Origin: Carcharhinus longimanus
Lineage: Eukaryota
Length of the DNA: 64,000 nucleotides
Reading direction: 5' to 3'
Assembly (NCBI GenBank): GCA_030264375.1
Contig: JASCQW010000122.1
Span: 11,620,116 to 11,684,115 of the forward strand
The notes beneath the pieces are model-generated. The model made no database searches. It was not told where the DNA came from and was given only the letters and a program-made list of their open reading frames with translations. Below, piece by piece: positions 63,458-64,000 of the stretch (the stretch's first letter is position 1; each line of letters opens with the position of its first letter). Both the position numbers and the translations under genes were made by a program.

Positions 63458-64000
63458 CTGCAAAGAACTGGGGAGAAACTCAACATGATGTATGTGAGAT
63501 CGGTATACTCACCAGGTATGCAGAGTAAATTCAGAACCTCTTCTGCCCCACCCACTTCTCTTCATCATAGGAACTTATCCCTGGCCAATTCATCCTATGA
63601 AGTACTGTCAAAATCTGACCTTCTCCTTTCATTGCTGCCCAGCAACTGAAAATCGAGAATTCAAATGGCCTCATTATGAATGCTTGGCTGAGTTCCTAGA
63701 AGCATTACCAGATTAGCTCAGCGGCGTTCCAGTTTTCCCAGGCTGAAGTGGAGTGGTGGCTTTGTTTGATTGACATCTTTTTGTGGTTATAAGAAGCTAT
63801 TTGTTCCTTGAATTCCTTTTTCCATGTGTACAATCCTTTCGTTTTGACTCTGAATGCTCCCACCAGGGTCAAAACGAGAGTGCTTCGCACTGCTGCTGGC
63901 AGCACCCAGCAGATGCCATCCACCATATTTAAATGGGCCAGCCCACACCCCACGACAAACACGGGGATTCTCCGATTCCAATTCCAGCGGCTGCTGATTT

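Noticed and set aside
63513-63645. Minus-strand segment with AG and GTGAGT boundaries
   Set aside because: Stops in all three frames, and only 55 nt from the next acceptor.
63705-63962. ORF with a TM-like segment that could precede the YxxP tail
   Set aside because: 63826..64000 looks like a MITE end with a 17-bp subterminal hairpin; only a weak 34-nt exon candidate (WENWNAAELI, donor gtaatg near 63707) remains.
1-64000. CRISPR arrays, operons or other prokaryotic systems
   Set aside because: No regularly spaced repeat-spacer array or gene-dense region; the sequence is intron-rich vertebrate DNA.

Overview
Eukaryotic (vertebrate) genomic DNA, very likely from a shark: the repeats resemble HE1/V-SINE, Deu-domain SINE, CR1 and Penelope families of elasmobranchs (recognised from memory, no search run). 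The main content is one complete 10-exon sideroflexin gene on the + strand (11900..47697). Its exons are 164, 171, 99, 76, 86, 128, 50, 50, 48 and 97 nt, totalling 969 nt or 322 aa; the best call is SFXN3, with many SFXN1-like residues. One intron needs a GC donor. A second, unidentified spliced gene appears to converge on the - strand (exon candidates at about 58.6-63.5 kb) and encodes a segment with three YxxP motifs. The rest is repeat-dense: a nested Gypsy LTR element with both LTRs, PBS, PPT and TSD; CR1, CR1-clade and Rex1 LINE fragments; several SINE families; Harbinger-like MITEs; and palindromic Penelope-derived elements with degenerate hammerhead-ribozyme cores. Local oddities are a 64-bp near-perfect intronic hairpin and a partial duplicate of exon 8 with an intact donor. 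No prokaryotic features or CRISPR arrays were seen. I cannot claim a new biological system; the best leads are the orphan convergent gene, the hairpin, the exon duplicate and the hammerhead-bearing palindromes. Repeat boundaries are approximate.
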